The notes: generated by a model not told the origin, from the sequence alone. A stretch of DNA of 64,000 bases from Bacteroidia bacterium (GCA_016788185.1 JAEUTF010000185.1:1805-65804), one strand, 5' to 3'; counted from the first letter of the stretch, positions 42,541-52,404 are shown. Numbers and translations are program-made.

Positions 42541-43323
42541 ATGAGTAATGTACTGAGTTTTATCCGTTCGCGTAATTTTCTGATGCATCTGCTGATGTGC
42601 CTGGGCTTGATTTTTGTCATCCTGTTTGGTACCTACCAGTGGTTGAACGCCTACACCAATCACGGCGAAACCATCACCGTTCCTGATCTGAGAGGCATGA
42701 AATTTAAGGATCTCGAACGTTTTCTGCTTGATAAAAACATGCTGGTAAAAATTTCCGATTCTTCGGTGTTTGTGATCGATAAGCCTCCGGGAGTAGTCAT
42801 CGAACAGGATCCGGCTCCCAACGAGAAGGTGAAAGAAGGCCGGACCGTTTACGTGACCATCACGCGCACCGTTCCCCCTCAGGTGAAGATTCCGAACCTG
42901 ATTGACGTTTCACAGCGTCAGGCCGAGGCTATTCTCGCTTCCTACGGCTTAAAAGTGGGTCAGTTCATCTACAAGCCCGATCTGGCCAAGGACGCTGTGC
43001 TTGGATTGATGAGTGAGGGCAGGGACTTGAAGCCCGGCGATGAACTGGAAAAAGGGTCGGTCGTGGATCTGGTTTTGGGTGACGGCATTGGAAATACCAA
43101 TGTCGAAGTTCCTTCCCTCAGAGGACTGAGCATGGATGAAGTCATGTTTGTCTTGCAGGGCTCTTCGCTCAATCCCGGGGCGATGGTGTTCGATGAGAGT
43201 GTACGGGACTCCTCCCTGGCCAAAGTATATCGTCAGATTCCGGAACCGGGTGATTCTGTATTTATCCGCCAGGGTGAATCAATTGACCTTTTCTTTACAC
43301 AAACACCCGAAAAACTGAAATAA
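42541..43323 (+). CDS. PASTA domain-containing membrane protein
   Basis: 260 aa. One N-terminal TM segment (LMHLLMCLGLIFVILFGTY), followed by three ~65-aa PASTA-like units (VPDLRGMKFKDLERFL..., IPNLIDVSQRQAEAILASYGLKVG..., VPSLRGLSMDEVMFVLQ...). Confidence 0.85.
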   Translation: MSNVLSFIRSRNFLMHLLMCLGLIFVILFGTYQWLNAYTNHGETITVPDLRGMKFKDLERFLLDKNMLVKISDSSVFVIDKPPGVVIEQDPAPNEKVKEGRTVYVTITRTVPPQVKIPNLIDVSQRQAEAILASYGLKVGQFIYKPDLAKDAVLGLMSEGRDLKPGDELEKGSVVDLVLGDGIGNTNVEVPSLRGLSMDEVMFVLQGSSLNPGAMVFDESVRDSSLAKVYRQIPEPGDSVFIRQGESIDLFFTQTPEKLK

Positions 43324-43329
43324 ATCAAC

Positions 43330-45252
43330 ATGAAAAAATATATCCCTTCCCTGTTCGCTGTTTTCTTTTTACAGGTGCTGTCTTTCGGACTCGTTCAGGC
43401 ACAGCACGAGCGCCTGGTGCCGCTGGGAACAAATCCGGTCATCAAAAAATACCTGCATGTTCACCCGGCTTCAGCCAACAAAGGGATGAGTAGCAACGAC
43501 ACGCTGGACATCCCCTTCGTCGATGATTTTTCCGCCAGCGAGGTGTACCCCGACCAGAACCTATGGACGGACCGTTATGTGTATGTAAACGATCATTTCG
43601 CCCGGAACCCGGTTACGATCGGCGTAGCCACTTTCGACGGACTGGATGAATTCGGCAACCCTTATGATAATTCCGCTTCCACCATTCAGGGCGGATGTGA
43701 TACCTTGACTTCAAAGTATATCAACCTGCTCACAAAGCCCCAGTCAGCCGGTGGCGGTCAGTATACCCTGGCCGACAGCATCACGCTGAGTTTTTACTGG
43801 CAGAAAAAAGGTCTCGGCGATGCTCCGGATTCCAGCGATTCACTGGTGGTGGATTTTTATAATCCAAGCACCAATCAATGGAGCAGGCAGTGGTGGCTGC
43901 GCGGATTGATTTCAGGCGGACAGGATACCGTCTTCACTGCTGTTCAGATCTGCATCTCCAATGCCATTTTTCTGAAGGATGGTTTCCGTTTCCGTTTCCG
44001 GAATTATGGGTCAAGAACAGGAAGCCTGGATCACTGGCACATCGATTACATCCGCTTGTTTAAGGCCTATAACCAGTTCAGTGGTCAAATGGATACTACC
44101 TTGCTGGATGTGGCCATGACACAAGGTGGGAAAAGCCTGATGACCGAATATACCTCTGTTCCCTGGGATCATTTTACTTCGCTATCAAGCATCGATCAGG
44201 CCAATCTCCTGAAGGATTCCTCAAAAATGGAGTACAGGGTAAACGATATTGTACCGGCCGATGTAGGGTTCAATAACAGGATCTACAACTTTGCCGGCAG
44301 CTATGTGGCCGGCTTTGGTGCTGACAACGGTAATATTTTTCCCGGTCGTCCGCAAAACCAGCATCTGCAGTATACTTTTCCGGTCGACTCTATCTTCCCA
44401 AATACGCCTTCACTCACCGTTGACAGCAATCGTTTTACCGTATTGAATTATTTCACCAATGGCAATGCGTTCAGCGGGCTTAAGTCGAACGACACCGTTC
44501 GATTTATACAGGAGTTTTATAACTATTACAGCCTGGATGATGGCAGCGCCGAGGTGGGTTATGATCTCATCAATGCACCGAACGGGAAAATCGCCATGAA
44601 GTTCGACATCTTTAAACCGGATACCCTGCGGGCCGTCCGTTTTAATTTTGTTCAGCAGGGCGCCAATGTCAGCAATAAATTATTCACCATTAAGGTCTGG
44701 AGCAGCCTCAATCCGGAGACTTTGATCTATCAGGAGTCTTCACAACGTCCGGTTTACATCGATGAAATTAACGGCTACGCCACCTATGTGCTCGATCAGA
44801 TTGTACCGGTGAGTGGAACCATTTATGTGGGATTTCAGCAGGTGCTCGGGGACGGCCTGCACCTTGGATTTGACAGAAATACGGCCTCCAACAGCCGGAT
44901 GTTTTACAATGTGGGAGCCGGATGGATACAAACTGCGATTACGGCCGGTAGTTTTATGGTCAGACCCGTGATGGGTGATACCAATCTCTTTGTGGGTGTT
45001 CCCGACCTGCAGATCGAAGCTATTGCTTTTCAGCTGGCACCCAATCCGGCCGGGGATGTTGTTCAGTTGCTTGTAGAAGACGAACGAAATGCAGAGCAGG
45101 TCGAAGTGTTCGCGATGGATGGCCGGAGAATATATTGTTCTTCGTTCACGAGGTATCTGAACACGTCAGCCTTTGAACCCGGTTTTTATCTGGTCAGATT
45201 GAATACAGAATCCGGTCAGTCGTTTTCCCGCCGGCTGTTAATTTCCCGATAA
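43330..45252 (+). CDS. Hypothetical secreted protein with a type-A T9SS C-terminal sorting domain
   Basis: 640 aa. Signal peptide MKKYIPSLFAVFFLQVLSFGLVQAQ. C-terminus FQLAPNPAGDVVQLLVED...VFAMDGRRIY...GFYLVRLNTESGQSFSRRLLISR. I do not recognise the ~540-aa body. Confidence 0.8.
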   Translation: MKKYIPSLFAVFFLQVLSFGLVQAQHERLVPLGTNPVIKKYLHVHPASANKGMSSNDTLDIPFVDDFSASEVYPDQNLWTDRYVYVNDHFARNPVTIGVATFDGLDEFGNPYDNSASTIQGGCDTLTSKYINLLTKPQSAGGGQYTLADSITLSFYWQKKGLGDAPDSSDSLVVDFYNPSTNQWSRQWWLRGLISGGQDTVFTAVQICISNAIFLKDGFRFRFRNYGSRTGSLDHWHIDYIRLFKAYNQFSGQMDTTLLDVAMTQGGKSLMTEYTSVPWDHFTSLSSIDQANLLKDSSKMEYRVNDIVPADVGFNNRIYNFAGSYVAGFGADNGNIFPGRPQNQHLQYTFPVDSIFPNTPSLTVDSNRFTVLNYFTNGNAFSGLKSNDTVRFIQEFYNYYSLDDGSAEVGYDLINAPNGKIAMKFDIFKPDTLRAVRFNFVQQGANVSNKLFTIKVWSSLNPETLIYQESSQRPVYIDEINGYATYVLDQIVPVSGTIYVGFQQVLGDGLHLGFDRNTASNSRMFYNVGAGWIQTAITAGSFMVRPVMGDTNLFVGVPDLQIEAIAFQLAPNPAGDVVQLLVEDERNAEQVEVFAMDGRRIYCSSFTRYLNTSAFEPGFYLVRLNTESGQSFSRRLLISR

Positions 45253-45258
45253 ACCAAC

Positions 45259-46338
45259 ATGGTCATCAATGCAATGCAGGAGGCTTCGGACGAAGACCGT
45301 GAGCAGGAACAGGAAGAGTTGTATGAACATCACCGGTTCGTGGCAGATAAAAATCAGTCGCTGCTGCGCATTGATAAGTTTTTAATCAACAGGCTTCAAA
45401 ATACTTCCCGCAACCGCTTGCAGCAGGCCACTGAAGCGGGCGCTGTCCTGGTGAATGGAAAACCAGCGAAGTCGAGTTATAAAGTGAAGCCCGGTGATGT
45501 GATTACCGTGGTGCTGGCACATCCTCCCCGGGAAATTGAATTGTACCCGGATGATATCCCACTGGATATTATTTATGAGGATGAACACCTCTTTATCATA
45601 AACAAACAACCGGGACTGGTCGTACACCCCGCCTACGGTCATTACCGCGGTACACTGGTGAACGCATTGGTCCACCGGATGTATCCGGACCTTGGCGACC
45701 AGCCCATTGCGGCCGAGTCGGTGCGCCCCGGACTGGTTCACCGCATTGACAAAAACACCTCGGGTCTGATTGTGATCGCTAAGAACGAACAGGCCCTGAC
45801 ACACCTCGCCAAGCAGTTTTTTGACCGGACCATTCAGCGGCATTATCTTGCGCTGGTATGGGGTGATTTTTCAGATGATCACGGTACCATAACGGGTCAC
45901 GTAGGGCGAAGTCATACCGACCGGAAAGTGATGGATGTTTTTCCCGACGGATTGCATGGAAAGCATGCGGTAACACATTATCAGGTGATGGAGCGCTTCG
46001 GTTACGTGAGTCTGCTGAAATGCAAGTTGGAAACCGGACGTACCCACCAGATCAGGGTCCATTTGAAGTTTACCGGTCATCCGCTTTTTAACGATGAAAC
46101 CTATGGGGGCAACAGGATTCTGAAAGGAACGGTTTTTTCAAAATACAGACAATTTGTTGAGAATTGCTTTGAAATGATGCCGCGGCATGCTCTTCATGCT
46201 CAGTCACTTGGGTTTCGACACCCGGCCGATGGACGGAACATGTATTTTGAGACTGAATTACCTGCCGATTTCAATGCGGTATTGGAAAAATGGCGCGCCT
46301 ATGCGGTCAGCAGGCAGCTTCAGGAGGATAAAGACTAA
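45259..46338 (+). CDS. rluD: 23S rRNA pseudouridine synthase, RluA family (RluD-like, with S4 domain)
   Basis: 359 aa. S4-like RIDKFLINRL...NGKPAKSSYKVKPGDVI, catalytic motif HRIDKNTSGLIVIAKN, and TGRTHQIRVHL. Confidence 0.9.
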   Translation: MVINAMQEASDEDREQEQEELYEHHRFVADKNQSLLRIDKFLINRLQNTSRNRLQQATEAGAVLVNGKPAKSSYKVKPGDVITVVLAHPPREIELYPDDIPLDIIYEDEHLFIINKQPGLVVHPAYGHYRGTLVNALVHRMYPDLGDQPIAAESVRPGLVHRIDKNTSGLIVIAKNEQALTHLAKQFFDRTIQRHYLALVWGDFSDDHGTITGHVGRSHTDRKVMDVFPDGLHGKHAVTHYQVMERFGYVSLLKCKLETGRTHQIRVHLKFTGHPLFNDETYGGNRILKGTVFSKYRQFVENCFEMMPRHALHAQSLGFRHPADGRNMYFETELPADFNAVLEKWRAYAVSRQLQEDKD

Positions 46339-46475
46339 ACAAGTCATGTGAATGGCGTATTTTTTACCAATGATATAGCCTGTTTAACCAAGCAATACCT
46401 ACTGTCCGCACCGCTCTCGACGTTCTCTGCCAAATTGTTAATTTCTCTTCCTTTACATTGGGCCTGTGACGTGCT

Positions 46476-46483
46476 TAACTTTG
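46476..46483 (+). promoter_or_regulatory. -7 promoter box TAACTTTG upstream of the esterase/T9SS gene
   Basis: Exact TAnnTTTG match, with a TTG 15 nt upstream (46458-46460). It ends 8 nt before the first ATG (46492) and 35 nt before the second (46519). Confidence 0.5.
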
Positions 46484-46491
46484 TTTCTTAG

Positions 46492-49400
46492 ATGAGCAAA
46501 TTCAGGATTCCATTCTTCATGAAAAGATTTTCACTAATTTTTCTGGTGTTGTGTGTGGCACAGGCAGGCATGAGCCAGGTAGCATTTGATGTTGTACCCC
46601 GCAGCAGACAGTTGTTTCCCCGTGATCAAAGCGACAGCGCAACGGTACAGATTTCCGGACAAATCACCCAAAGCGGTAAATCCTCCGTGGTTTACAGGCT
46701 GTTCAGAGCGGGCATTCTTCTCGACAGCAGCCTGGTGAATTTAAGCTACAACGGAAACACCGCTGCTTTCCATAAATCATTCAGAATTAAGGCCGAACGG
46801 CAGGAATACAAGGTACAGATGTGCCTTTTTGACGGACAGAATGAGTTTCCGGTTACCAGTGTCGATAGCCTGGTGGCAGGGGATGTGTTTATAGTGAACG
46901 GTCAATCCAACGCTTCAAGTCCATCTCAGGGACCGGGTGCAGAAATCCCCAACGAGTGGATCCGCACTTTTGGAACGGCCAGCGTTTCTGCTGTGGATTG
47001 TGGACGAGATACCCTCTGGGGACTCGGCCTCGGAAATGTAACACAAGCCAACCTCGCCGTTGGCGTATGGGCCATGAAACTGGGGCGACTGCTGACGGAC
47101 TCTTTGCAAATTCCGGTATGTATTATCAATGGAGCCAAGTTCGGTTCCATCATTTCAGCCCATCTCCCGAATGCAAACAATCACCAGGATTTGAATACGA
47201 TTTACGGTCGCTTGCTTTTCAGAGCCACCAAGGCGGGAGTGAAAGATAACATCAAAGCGTTTTTCTGGTATCAGGGCGAAAGCAATACCGATACGTCCTA
47301 TCAGTTTTACGCCAGCCGCTTCCAGCAATTGTATAACTTCTGGAAAGGTGATTTTGCCGGGCTGAACCGCATTTTCGTACTTCAAACGCGGCCCGGTTGC
47401 ATTACAGGAGCCAATTACCTCTATCACCAGCAGATGCGTGAAATATGCCGGAACCTTTCAAATCAGTACAGTGATATAACGCTGATGAGTACGGCGGGGA
47501 TTCCCAATTTTGATGGTTGTCACTTTTTATCATCCGGCTACAATATTCTCGGAACTCAACTCTACTTTCAGGTACAGCGGGATGTATACAATGCCACGGT
47601 TCCACAAAACATTGATCCGCCCAATATTCTTTCTGCCCGGTTTGTCGACAGCACGAATACCTTGCTTGCTCTTAAAATGTCGCAGGCGGTAGCCTGGCCG
47701 GCGCCGATGAATGGCAATGAACTGGAAGATTATTTCTATTTTCCCCAATCCGGTGTGAATGCTCAGAGTGGCTGGGCTTCTGACGATACGGTGTACCTGC
47801 AACTTTGCAGTCCTTCCCTGGTGGGCCATGTGAGTTACCTGCCCGGCATCTATTACGATGGATCTGCCACGCAGGTGTACCAGGGTCCCTGGCTCTTAAA
47901 CAACCGGAATATTGGCGCTTTTTCTTTCCATGAGTTTCCAATTTCACACTCTATCAATGTATCTGCCTCCGGCAGTACCAGTTTATGCAACGGCGACAGC
48001 GTTTTGTTGCAGGCCGATAAGAACGCGCTCATCCTTCAATGGTACAGAAACGGACAGCCTGTTCCCGGTGCCAATGCCAGCGAACTTTGGGCGAGTGCAG
48101 GTGGTGATTATTACCTTGAAATGAGCGACGGTTCCGGTGGCTCAGTGATCAGTAATGTGATTCAGTTATCCGCCGGAAGTTCCATACCGGTTTCGATCAG
48201 CACCAATGACAGTGTTTTATGTGCCGGAGAAAGCAGCATGTTGCTTGCTCAGGGTGGAACCTCCTGGCTTTGGTCCGATGGTTCATCCGCAGCAGGCATT
48301 CAGGTGAATACCGGCGGATGGTACGCTGTGCAGGCTTCGGATTCTCTGGGTTGCAGTTCTTCAGATTCTATTTACATTGAATATCATCCGATGCCGCAGG
48401 CATCCCTTCTTCACGGTCCCCTGAGCGTATGCATGGGGGATTCGGTTAAACTCTACCTCGCTAACCAGGAGATGGGTACCTGGACAGGTGGCGCTTATGA
48501 TTCCGTGTACTACGCGAAAACCAGCGGCATGTACTGGTCGGTAGTGACGGGGCAGGGTGGATGTAGCCTGAGTTCAGATACCGTTTACGTCCAGATTATC
48601 CAGACGCCGGTGAGTATACTTCCCACAGGGCCGCTGAGTGTATGTGCGAATCAGAAGATCACACTGACTGCGGATGGGTCAGGGTTTACGGCTTTTCAAT
48701 GGAAGAACAACGGAGTGGCTGTTTCGGGTGCGACGACAAATACGTACAAACCTTCCGTGTCCGGAGGCTACTCGGTTCAAATAACCGATTCTCTTGGGTG
48801 CATGAATGAGTCGGCCATCACCCAACTGACCATGCGCAATGCACCCCAGGCCAGCTACACCCTGACGAATGAATTAAATGAATGCCGCGATACCCTGGTA
48901 ACCTTTACCGCCAACGGAGGTTCAGGCCTCACGTACCAGTGGTATGGTAACAACGTGCTGATTCCCGGTGCCACCTCAAAGGTGTTTAACACGCAAACTT
49001 CCGGTAATTACAAAGTCATGACCACCAACGTTTGGGGATGTACAAAAATGTCGGGTGCGATGAGTATTCCTGTGGCAAATCCTGCCGCCTCAATACAACT
49101 GAGCGGCAGTAGTGTAATCTGTAACGGTGACAGTGTGAGACTGGATGCGAATACAGGTACCGGTTTCAGCTATCAATGGCAGAGAAACAATGTACCTATA
49201 GCCGGTGCAAATAACGCTTCCTTTTATGCAAAGAAAACGGGATTTTATAAAGTGGTTGTGACCAACAGTTCCGGCTGTTCAGCCGTTTCCTCCGGAAAGA
49301 ACATATCGGTAAGCGCCTGCCTCTTGTCTTCCGGCGCTGCAAAAGTGGCCGGACCGGAAACGGAGACGTTGAACATTGATCTGTATCCGAATCCTGCCGT

Positions 49401-49611
49401 GCATGACTTTACCGTTTCCTTGCCATTTCAACACGGTCGGGTGACCTGGAGACTCATGGACATCAGCGGCAGGATTTGTCATGAAGGTCAGATAGAGGCG
49501 GAGACCGCTGCATTTTCGGTGGTCACGGAAGATATGAATGCGGGGCTGTACCTTCTCCACCTGGAAGCCGATGGTTACGTTCAGACCCTTAAAATCCAGG
49601 TGTCACGGTAA
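46492..49611 (+). CDS. Secreted SGNH / sialate O-acetylesterase-like (SASA/DUF303-type) carbohydrate esterase, with six Ig-like Cys-containing repeats and a type-A T9SS C-terminal domain
   Basis: 1039 aa. The likely real start is the ATG at 46519 (MKRFSLIFLVLCVAQAGMSQ). GDVFIVNGQSNA and FFWYQGESN are SASA-type motifs. Six repeats follow the pattern C-x-G-D-S-V...YQW..NG..I.GA....Y......G.Y.V....S.GC. C-terminus LYPNPAVHDFTVSL...GLYLLHLEADGYVQTLKIQV. Confidence 0.8.
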   Translation: MSKFRIPFFMKRFSLIFLVLCVAQAGMSQVAFDVVPRSRQLFPRDQSDSATVQISGQITQSGKSSVVYRLFRAGILLDSSLVNLSYNGNTAAFHKSFRIKAERQEYKVQMCLFDGQNEFPVTSVDSLVAGDVFIVNGQSNASSPSQGPGAEIPNEWIRTFGTASVSAVDCGRDTLWGLGLGNVTQANLAVGVWAMKLGRLLTDSLQIPVCIINGAKFGSIISAHLPNANNHQDLNTIYGRLLFRATKAGVKDNIKAFFWYQGESNTDTSYQFYASRFQQLYNFWKGDFAGLNRIFVLQTRPGCITGANYLYHQQMREICRNLSNQYSDITLMSTAGIPNFDGCHFLSSGYNILGTQLYFQVQRDVYNATVPQNIDPPNILSARFVDSTNTLLALKMSQAVAWPAPMNGNELEDYFYFPQSGVNAQSGWASDDTVYLQLCSPSLVGHVSYLPGIYYDGSATQVYQGPWLLNNRNIGAFSFHEFPISHSINVSASGSTSLCNGDSVLLQADKNALILQWYRNGQPVPGANASELWASAGGDYYLEMSDGSGGSVISNVIQLSAGSSIPVSISTNDSVLCAGESSMLLAQGGTSWLWSDGSSAAGIQVNTGGWYAVQASDSLGCSSSDSIYIEYHPMPQASLLHGPLSVCMGDSVKLYLANQEMGTWTGGAYDSVYYAKTSGMYWSVVTGQGGCSLSSDTVYVQIIQTPVSILPTGPLSVCANQKITLTADGSGFTAFQWKNNGVAVSGATTNTYKPSVSGGYSVQITDSLGCMNESAITQLTMRNAPQASYTLTNELNECRDTLVTFTANGGSGLTYQWYGNNVLIPGATSKVFNTQTSGNYKVMTTNVWGCTKMSGAMSIPVANPAASIQLSGSSVICNGDSVRLDANTGTGFSYQWQRNNVPIAGANNASFYAKKTGFYKVVVTNSSGCSAVSSGKNISVSACLLSSGAAKVAGPETETLNIDLYPNPAVHDFTVSLPFQHGRVTWRLMDISGRICHEGQIEAETAAFSVVTEDMNAGLYLLHLEADGYVQTLKIQVSR

Positions 49612-49633
49612 AGGATACATCCGCTTGTACGGA

Positions 49634-50572
49634 TTATAGAGATGGATTTGGTTTTAGGGCAATCCCGGCGAGCAGGGATTGATGCAGCCGCAAAATTTGC
49701 TGTGGTGTTTCATCGGTCAGTCGCAGACCGAGCCAATCATTGATCACCGCATTCAGTGCCGGACGAAAGGTATTTCCGGTTTCCGGATGAAGCGCCCTGG
49801 CACCCCCCGACTTTGACAATTTACTCCCGTCTGTTCCGCAAAGAAGAGGATGATGCATGAATTTTTTGTCTTTAAACTGATGCAGGCCGATCGCAGGGCA
49901 AAGCATCAACTGGACGGCGGTGGAGGGTATTAAATCATAACCCCGTACCAGGTGGCTGATTTCGAAAAAGCAATCGTCCACCACCGAACTCAACTGATAG
50001 GAGGGATAGCCGTTTTTCTGTTTTACAATGAAATCTCCTGTTTCCGACCAGGGTTTTATACAACGTTCACCAAGCAAAGGATCAAAAAAGCAAATCTCGG
50101 ATTCCGGCTTAATGCTGAATCTCCAGGCCGTACCAGGTTCATCTTTTCCGGTTTTTTCCACCCGGCACCTGCAGGCGAGACTGGATGAAAGGCTCGCCCG
50201 GCTGCAACGGCAGGCATATACGAAATCTTTGGCTCTCAGTTTTTCAAGGCTTTCCATGTAAAGCGGAAGTCTCTTTTGCTGCGACCAGTTTTTCAGGAAG
50301 TCATCCGGACCGGAGGGCCCTTCGTCATAATCCAGGCCAAGCCGCTCGATGGTTCTGAAGATGTCACTCAGGTATTCTGCCCTGAAACGGTCTCTGTCCA
50401 GATCATCGATCCGGAGGAGCAGTCGGCTGTTGACAGCTCTGGCGAAAAGCCATGTCAGGAGGAAGGAGGCGGCGTTGCCCAGGTGCAAGTAGCCACTGGG
50501 GGTGGGCGCAAAACGAAATTTTAAGCCCTGTGGAAGATCAACTTTTGAAGCGCTCATGAAAAGCCTTTTCAA
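49634..50572 (-). CDS. gluQ: tRNA glutamyl-Q(34) synthetase (GluQRS, truncated GluRS paralogue)
   Basis: 312 aa. FRFAPTPSGYLHLGNA (HIGH-type motif), DLDRDR, and KLSKS; no anticodon-binding domain. The start may be the ATG at 50557. Either start overlaps the upstream gene. Confidence 0.85.
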   Translation of the reverse strand: MKRLFMSASKVDLPQGLKFRFAPTPSGYLHLGNAASFLLTWLFARAVNSRLLLRIDDLDRDRFRAEYLSDIFRTIERLGLDYDEGPSGPDDFLKNWSQQKRLPLYMESLEKLRAKDFVYACRCSRASLSSSLACRCRVEKTGKDEPGTAWRFSIKPESEICFFDPLLGERCIKPWSETGDFIVKQKNGYPSYQLSSVVDDCFFEISHLVRGYDLIPSTAVQLMLCPAIGLHQFKDKKFMHHPLLCGTDGSKLSKSGGARALHPETGNTFRPALNAVINDWLGLRLTDETPQQILRLHQSLLAGIALKPNPSL

Positions 50573-51824
50573 GATGTTCCCGGTCGTCAGGATGGGCGAT
50601 GGAAATCAGGGCTTTTGCCCTTTGCCGGAGGTTTTTTCCGAACAGGTAGGCTACCCCGTATTCGCTGACCACATAGTGTACATGCGCCCTGGTAGTGACC
50701 ACACCGGCGCCTTGCTTCAGAAAGGGGGTGATTCGGGCAACTCCCTTGTTGGTTCTGGAAGTGAGGGCGATAATGGGTTTTCCACCTTTCGATAAGGCGG
50801 CGCCGCGCATAAAATCCATCTGTCCGCCGACACCGGAAAACTGATAGGTGCCGATGGAATCACTGCATACCTGGCCGGTCAGATCGATTTCAATGCAACT
50901 GTTGATGGCCACTACCGATGGATTTTCGCGGATCACCTTGGTGTCGTTCACGTAGTCAATATCAAGGAAAGCGAAGGAAGGGTTATCGTCAATGTACTGA
51001 TATAATTTTTCGGATCCCAGGCAAAAGCCGGTCACCGTTTTTCCGGGATGCCGCCTTTTATACCTGTTGTTGATGGTTCCGTTTTCAATCAGGGGGATAA
51101 TGCCATCAGAAAACATTTCGGTATGAACGCCCAGATCTTTGTGATTCGTCAGCGCGTGCAAAACGGCGTCAGGAATGGTTCCGATACCCATTTGCAGGGT
51201 GGACCGGTTTTCGATAAGTCCAGCCACATGCTGGCCAATCGCCTGCTCTTCCGGCGACATTTTTAAAGACATGATCTGCTCGTGCAGAGGTGCTTCGTGA
51301 GCCACCATGGCATCGAATTCAGAAACGTGGATCATGCCATCGCCATGGGTCCGGGGCATGCGTGGGTTTACCTGGGCAATTACCTTTTTCGCAGTATTCA
51401 CGGCCGAACGGGCAACATCAACGGAAACGCCCAGCGAGCAATACCCGTGCGGATCAGGTGTGGACACCTGAATCAGGGCCACATCGATGGGTAAAACATG
51501 GTTTTTGAACAACTCGGGGATTTCGCTGAGGAAGACAGGCACATAGTCGCCTCTCCCGTCGTTAATGGCTTCCCGGACCGGCGCCGATACAAAGAGCGAA
51601 TTCAGTTTGAAGTGGTCACGGTATTTCTCCTCAGCCAGCGGGAAGTCACCCAGCACACTGATGAAAACCAGTTCCACATCCTTTAGTTCAGCGGCTCTTT
51701 CTGCCAGTTTCTCCACCAGGTGGGTGGGGGTGGCAGCGCTGCCATGTATAAAAACCCGTTGACCGGATGAAATATGACGTAGGGCCTGCTCAGCGCTGGT
51801 AAAGGTGTGGAGGGTTGGGGGCAT
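50538..51824 (-). CDS. Acetyl-CoA hydrolase/transferase family protein (4-hydroxybutyrate / succinyl-CoA:acetate CoA-transferase-like)
   Basis: 428 aa. LQMGIGTIPDAVL, HTEMFSDG, SGVGGQMDFMRGA and AHPDDREHL are typical of this family. Confidence 0.88.
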   Translation of the reverse strand: MPPTLHTFTSAEQALRHISSGQRVFIHGSAATPTHLVEKLAERAAELKDVELVFISVLGDFPLAEEKYRDHFKLNSLFVSAPVREAINDGRGDYVPVFLSEIPELFKNHVLPIDVALIQVSTPDPHGYCSLGVSVDVARSAVNTAKKVIAQVNPRMPRTHGDGMIHVSEFDAMVAHEAPLHEQIMSLKMSPEEQAIGQHVAGLIENRSTLQMGIGTIPDAVLHALTNHKDLGVHTEMFSDGIIPLIENGTINNRYKRRHPGKTVTGFCLGSEKLYQYIDDNPSFAFLDIDYVNDTKVIRENPSVVAINSCIEIDLTGQVCSDSIGTYQFSGVGGQMDFMRGAALSKGGKPIIALTSRTNKGVARITPFLKQGAGVVTTRAHVHYVVSEYGVAYLFGKNLRQRAKALISIAHPDDREHLEKAFHERFKS

Positions 51825-51856
51825 AAATCAGATTTGGTTTTTTTAAAGACTGCCCG

Positions 51857-51864
51857 CAAAATTA
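51857..51864 (-). promoter_or_regulatory. Candidate -7 promoter box (TAATTTTG on the minus strand) for the CoA-transferase/gluQ operon
   Basis: The plus strand reads CAAAATTA, 32 nt upstream of the ATG at 51824. Confidence 0.4.
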
Positions 51865-52404
51865 GAGTTATTTATGGCCTTTGGATTTGAAATTCGGGCT
51901 TCGCTTTAAGAATCGGATTCTCGATGAGGGAAAGGATGGACGACCAGCCCCCGACCTTATAATGCACTGATTTTCAATCTAAAATTAAAACAAAGTGAAA
52001 GTGATTGGACGGGTGCTTAAAATTTTGAAACAACCAGCCGGGTTACCCGATTTAATACAGCCAGGTTTCATTTCAGGACACTTCCCCTCGCTGGGATATT
52101 TGTCTAAAAACCAAATTAGATCCCAGGAAGAAAATTTGGATCATCGTTGCCCATTTGAAACTGTTGTTGACACTTCTTCAAAGCGTGATCGGGATTACAT
52201 TTTTTATGCTTCGGTGGGGAGACCCGCAGCCCTGACCGATGAAAATCCCAATATGCACTTAAAGTACTTATTATCAATGTTTAATTATTTTATTTTAGCC
52301 AGGATCAGGCCGAATAACAGCGCCTGTTGAACCTGCTTTTTTACCCTTAAACACCTGTTTCATAAATATTTTGAAAAACATCTTGCTTAAATCATTTTCT
52401 TGTG

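Noticed and set aside
49612-49633. 5-bp inverted repeat ATCCG-cttgta-CGGAT between the convergent esterase and gluQ genes, as a possible bidirectional terminator
   Set aside because: The stem has only 5 bp and there are no flanking T/A tracts, which is insufficient.
51900-52000. Possible tRNA or tmRNA fragment (GGATGGACGACCAGCCCCCGACC...CTGATTTTCAATC)
   Set aside because: I found no acceptor/T-arm pairing, no GTTCRANYC T-loop and no CCA-proximal stem. The apparent anticodon stem does not close.
51995-52330. 111-aa plus-strand ORF in the large gap upstream of rpsL
   Set aside because: It has a GTG start, no promoter box in front, no recognisable motif and no hydrophobic or signal features, and it spans the hairpin region. 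I treat it as non-coding until a homology search says otherwise.
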